From NCBI GenBank assembly GCA_041492755.1, contig JBGPXN010000161.1, positions 1 to 10,581 on the forward strand: DNA of 10,581 bases. The letters run 5' to 3'. This document shows, piece by piece, positions 7,481-10,581 of this stretch. The notes under the pieces are model-generated. The model searched no databases. It saw only the letters and a program-made list of their open reading frames with translations, and had not been told where the DNA came from. The translations under genes were made by a program, and so were the position numbers. Source of the stretch: Candidatus Methylomirabilia bacterium. GTDB taxonomy: Bacteria > Methylomirabilota > Methylomirabilia > Rokubacteriales > CSP1-6. Within the stretch, counting starts at the first letter, position 1; the number at the start of each line of letters is the position of its first letter.

Positions 7481-9516
7481 CACGCGCTCCGCAGGCGCAG
7501 GTTGCCGGCCTCGTCCACCAGCGCGGTGACGCCGGGTGGGATCACGGTGGTCGTGTCGCTCTGCTCCACGATGGCCGGCCCGGCCAGGCGCGCTCCCAGC
7601 GGAAGCCGCGCGCGCTCGTAGATCGCGGTCGGCACGAAGGCCCCGAAGTACACGCGGCGCTCGCCCAATTGCGCGTCGGCCAGGGTTCCGGTGGCGCGGG
7701 CGGCTGGCGTCACGACCGGCCGGGGGAGCGGATACGTGTGCACCACGCGAAAGTTCACGAACTCCACCGGCTGCTGCGTGCGCGCGTAGCCGTAGACGCG
7801 CTCGTGCACCGCGTGGAACGCGGCCAGGATCTCCGGCATCCGCTCGCGCGTGACCGGCACGGCGATCGGCACCTCCAGCTCATACGCCTGGCCGACGTAG
7901 CGCATGTCGGCGCCATACGCCACGCGCACCTGCTCGGCCGCGACGCCCTCCTCGCGCATGCGGCCGCGCCCGGCCGCGTCGAGCTCGGCCAGGCACCGGT
8001 TGACGGCGTCGAGGTCGGCCGCGTCGGTGGGCGCCTGCAGCGTGCGCGCGTGGTGATGCTCGATGGCGGCGGCGAGCAGACCGAAGGCGGCGAGGACGCC
8101 CGGCGCCTCGGGCACCAGCACCTCGGCCATGCCCATCTCGGCGGCCAGGGCGGCGCCGTGCACCGGGCCGGCGCCGCCCAGCACCACCAGCGAGAACTGC
8201 CGCGGGTCGTAGCCACGCTTGATCGTGACCAGGCGGATCTGATCGGCCATCCGGGCGTTCACCACGCGATGGATGCCGGCGGCGGCGGTCACGGCGTCCA
8301 CGCCCAGCCGGCGGCCGACCGCGGCCACGGCGCGCTCGGCCGCCGCGGCGTCCAGCGCCAGCGTGCCGCCGGCGAATCGCGCGGGGTTGAGGTAGCCGAG
8401 CACGACGCTGGCGTCGGTCACGGTCGCCTCGTCCCCGCCGCGGCCGTAGCAGGCCGGGCCGGGGTCGGCACCGGCGCTGCGCGGCCCCACGCGGAGCCCG
8501 CCGGCCGCGTCGATCCAGGCGATGCTGCCGCCCCCGGCGCCGATCGTGTTCACGTCCACCATTGGCGTGCGCACCGGATATGGGCCGATCATGCCCTCGC
8601 TGGCCAGCAACGGCGTACCGTCGCGCACCATGGCGACGTCGTTGCTGGTCCCGCCCATATCCAGCGAGACGAAGTCGCGCACGCCCGAGCGCTCGGCGGC
8701 GAAGGTGGCGCCGATCACGCCGCCCGCCGGCCCCGAGAGAAAGAGCGTGACCGGTTGCTGCGCGGCCAGCGCGGCGGACACGATGCCGCCACGCGAGCGC
8801 ATGATCAGCGGCACGCCGGGGACGCCGAGCCCCCCCAGCGTGTCGGCGAGCCCGGCGAGGTAGCGCTTCACGACCGGGCCGAGGTAGGCGTCGAAGGCGG
8901 TCACGCACAGGCGCTCGTACTCGCGGAACGTCGGATCGACCTCCGACGAGAGCGAGACGCTGATCTCGGGCGCCAGCTCGGCGACGATCTCGCGCGTGCG
9001 CCGCTCGTGCGCGGGGTTGACGAACGAGAACAGGTAGCAGACCGCGATCGCCTGCACGGCCTGGGCGCGGAGCGCCGGCACCGCCGCCCGCACCGCGTCC
9101 TCGTCGAGCGGGACGAGGATCTGCCCCCGGGCGTCGAGCCGCTCGGGGATGCCCACCCGGCGCCGGCGCGGGGCGAGGAACGTCGGCACCTCCGGATCCA
9201 TCGCCAGGTCGTACATGCGCGAGCGCTTCATGCGGCCCAGCTCGAGCACGTCCTCGAACCCCTCGGTGGTGAGGATCGCGGTGACGGCGCCCTTCTGCTC
9301 GAGGATGGCGTTGGTGGCGACGGTGGTGCCGTGGATGAATCGCTCCACGTCGGCCGGCCGGGCACCGGCGAGCGCCAGCACCTGGATGACGGCGGCACCG
9401 ATGCCCTCGAGGAGGTCCTTGGGGGTGCTCGGCACCTTCGTCAGCGCGAGCCGGCCCGCCCGGTCGAGGGCCACGATGTCGGTGAAGGTGCCGCCGATGT
9501 CGACGCCGATCTGCAC
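7480..9516 (-). CDS. Hydantoinase A / oxoprolinase family protein (ATP-binding subunit; HyuA-like), ~678 aa
   Basis: Start inferred at GTG 9516 (MQIGVDIGGTFTD), with SD AAGGAGG 6 nt upstream. Motifs: DIGGTFTD, KVPSTP, HGTTVATNA, REYER, SGPAGG, DMGGTSND, IGAGGGSIA, GPRSAGADPGPACYGRGG, TVTDA, GGAGPVH, DMRYVGQAYEL, GPAIVEQ.DTTTVIPPG. Confidence 0.95.
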   Translation of the reverse strand: MQIGVDIGGTFTDIVALDRAGRLALTKVPSTPKDLLEGIGAAVIQVLALAGARPADVERFIHGTTVATNAILEQKGAVTAILTTEGFEDVLELGRMKRSRMYDLAMDPEVPTFLAPRRRRVGIPERLDARGQILVPLDEDAVRAAVPALRAQAVQAIAVCYLFSFVNPAHERRTREIVAELAPEISVSLSSEVDPTFREYERLCVTAFDAYLGPVVKRYLAGLADTLGGLGVPGVPLIMRSRGGIVSAALAAQQPVTLFLSGPAGGVIGATFAAERSGVRDFVSLDMGGTSNDVAMVRDGTPLLASEGMIGPYPVRTPMVDVNTIGAGGGSIAWIDAAGGLRVGPRSAGADPGPACYGRGGDEATVTDASVVLGYLNPARFAGGTLALDAAAAERAVAAVGRRLGVDAVTAAAGIHRVVNARMADQIRLVTIKRGYDPRQFSLVVLGGAGPVHGAALAAEMGMAEVLVPEAPGVLAAFGLLAAAIEHHHARTLQAPTDAADLDAVNRCLAELDAAGRGRMREEGVAAEQVRVAYGADMRYVGQAYELEVPIAVPVTRERMPEILAAFHAVHERVYGYARTQQPVEFVNFRVVHTYPLPRPVVTPAARATGTLADAQLGERRVYFGAFVPTAIYERARLPLGARLAGPAIVEQSDTTTVIPPGVTALVDEAGNLRLRSA

Positions 9517-9522
9517 CGTGGA

Positions 9523-9529
9523 CCTCCTT
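9523..9529 (-). promoter_or_regulatory. Shine-Dalgarno sequence of the hydantoinase A gene
   Basis: The minus strand reads AAGGAGG-TCCACG-GTG(9516). Confidence 0.8.
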
Positions 9530-9544
9530 GGGACGCCGCTCAGG

Positions 9545-9553
9545 GTATCATAC
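9545..9553. promoter_or_regulatory. Candidate overlapping divergent -10 elements or operator
   Basis: GTAT-C-ATAC is the only AT-rich patch in the 69-bp spacer. It reads TATCAT on + (9546-9551) and TATGAT on - (9552-9547), each a 5/6 match to TATAAT. Confidence 0.45.
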
Positions 9554-9585
9554 GGTCCGCGCGCGACCTCCTGGAGGAGAAGCCC

Positions 9586-10581
9586 ATGCCGAAGCCGAGA
9601 CTCGATCGTCGTCAATTCCTTCTCGGAAGCGGTGCCGTCCTGGGGGCCACGATGGTCGGCCCCGGCGCGGCTCGGGCCCAGGGGCGGCGCGGGGAGATCA
9701 TCGCCGGATTGTCGGAGCGGATGCTCACGCTCGACCCCGCGAACCACTATTCGATCTCGGCGACGTCGGTGCTCCGCCACGTCTACGATCCGTTGCTCGA
9801 CGTCACCAACGACGACAAGCTCGTGCCCGCGCTCGCCGAGACCTGGCGGCCCGTCAACAACACCACCTGGCGGTTCACGCTGCGCAAGGGCGTCAGCTTC
9901 CACGATGGCAGCCCCTTCACGGCCGACAGCGTCGTGTTCACGCTCAAGCGCGTGCGGGACAACGGCAAGCTCGTCAAGTCGTTCGTCTACCAGGACATCG
10001 AGGACGTCCAGAAGGACGGGGACTACGCGGTCACCGTCACGACGAAGCGACCGTTCGGCTCGCTGCCCGCGCACTTGACGATGCTCGGCATGCTGCCGCC
10101 GAGCGCGGGCGCCGGGGAGGACGCGTTCTTCCAGAAGCCGGTGGGGACGGGGCCGTTCCGGTTCGTGAGCTGGACCCACGGCGACCACGTGGAGCTGGCG
10201 GCGAATCCCAAGTACTGGAAGCCGGGCATCCCCAAGGTGGAGAAGGTCACCGTGCGCTTCATCCCGGAGCTGTCCACGCGCGTGGCCGCCCTGCGGGCCG
10301 GTGAGATCCACGTGATCGATCGCGTGTGGCCGGACATGGTCCAGACCCTCAAGGGCACGCCGGGCGTGAAGGTCCTCGACACGCCGGCGCTCGAGGCGCA
10401 GCGCTGGCACTTCCAGCTCGCCCGGGAGACGGTCAAGGACCCGCGCGTGCGCAAGGCCATCTCGCTGGCCATCGACCGCAACGTGATCATCAAGGACCTG
10501 CTGCTGGGCTACGCCCGTCCGGTCGTGAACCCCGTCCCGCCCGGACTCCTCGGGCACACGAACCTCGGTCAGAAGCCGTAC
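9586..10581 (+). CDS. ABC transporter substrate-binding protein, family 5 (DppA/OppA/NikA-like), with a Tat signal peptide; 3'-truncated
   Basis: Missing from the ORF track because it has no stop in the window. GGAGGAG SD, then ATG 9586: MPKPRLDRRQFLLGSGAVLGATMVGPGAARA|QGRRGEIIAGLSERMLTLDPANHYSISATSVLRHVYDPLL...LVPALAETW....NTTWRFTLRKGVSFHDGSPFTADSVVFTLKR...KPVGTGPFRFVSW..GDHVELAANPKYW...RVAALRAGEIHVI...KDPRVRKAISLAIDR. It has a twin-arginine motif (DRRQFL) and an A-R-A cleavage site. Confidence 0.94.
   Translation, partial: MPKPRLDRRQFLLGSGAVLGATMVGPGAARAQGRRGEIIAGLSERMLTLDPANHYSISATSVLRHVYDPLLDVTNDDKLVPALAETWRPVNNTTWRFTLRKGVSFHDGSPFTADSVVFTLKRVRDNGKLVKSFVYQDIEDVQKDGDYAVTVTTKRPFGSLPAHLTMLGMLPPSAGAGEDAFFQKPVGTGPFRFVSWTHGDHVELAANPKYWKPGIPKVEKVTVRFIPELSTRVAALRAGEIHVIDRVWPDMVQTLKGTPGVKVLDTPALEAQRWHFQLARETVKDPRVRKAISLAIDRNVIIKDLLLGYARPVVNPVPPGLLGHTNLGQKPY

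Noticed and set aside
5960..7621. 553-aa plus-strand ORF, and similar long antisense ORFs at 1652-2485, 1810-2817, 2669-3850
   Set aside because: These are mirror frames of well-supported genes, with no recognisable motifs. Stop codons are scarce on the antisense strand of GC-rich genes.
9149..10304. Plus-strand ORFs 9149-10078 and 9528-10304
   Set aside because: They are out-of-frame, Ser/Arg/Thr-rich translations. The real gene is in frame +1 from ATG 9586.
9517..10557. N-terminal extension of the hydantoinase A ORF (1025-aa ORF)
   Set aside because: It is the antisense shadow of the SBP gene. The true start is GTG 9516, with a perfect SD and the family's N-terminal DIGGTFTD motif.
1..10581. 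CRISPR array, tRNA/rRNA, IS element, integrase or defence system
   Set aside because: No regularly spaced repeats, RNA-gene signatures, or transposase, recombinase or nuclease motifs were seen. Nearly all of the sequence is explained by the listed CDSs.

Overview
High-GC bacterial window with two convergent gene blocks plus one divergent gene. The left block (+ strand) holds the 3' part of a UPF0182-family membrane protein gene (<1-1632), a start-less CBS-domain remnant (~1628-1780) and a complete P2-type cation-transporting ATPase resembling Na+/K+- and H+/K+-ATPases (1799-4510). A hairpin-rich spacer (4511-4778) ends in a strong ribosome-binding site followed by what looks like the first codons of another, truncated CBS-protein gene (MLVKDV...). 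The right block (- strand) is a translationally coupled operon: hydantoinase/oxoprolinase A subunit (9516-7480), B subunit (7480-5741) and an isopenicillin-N-synthase-like 2OG-Fe(II) oxygenase (5744-4779). Divergent from it, across a 69-bp spacer, is a Tat-exported family-5 ABC solute-binding protein (9586->10581) that the ORF track misses. The most interesting points are a probable uncharacterised lactam/cyclic-amide catabolic module, a His at the cation-selectivity position of the P2C-like pump, and the CBS remnants with a 16/18-nt direct repeat bracketing the ATPase. All family calls come from recalled motifs; no database search was run. No rRNA, tRNA, CRISPR array or transposase was seen.
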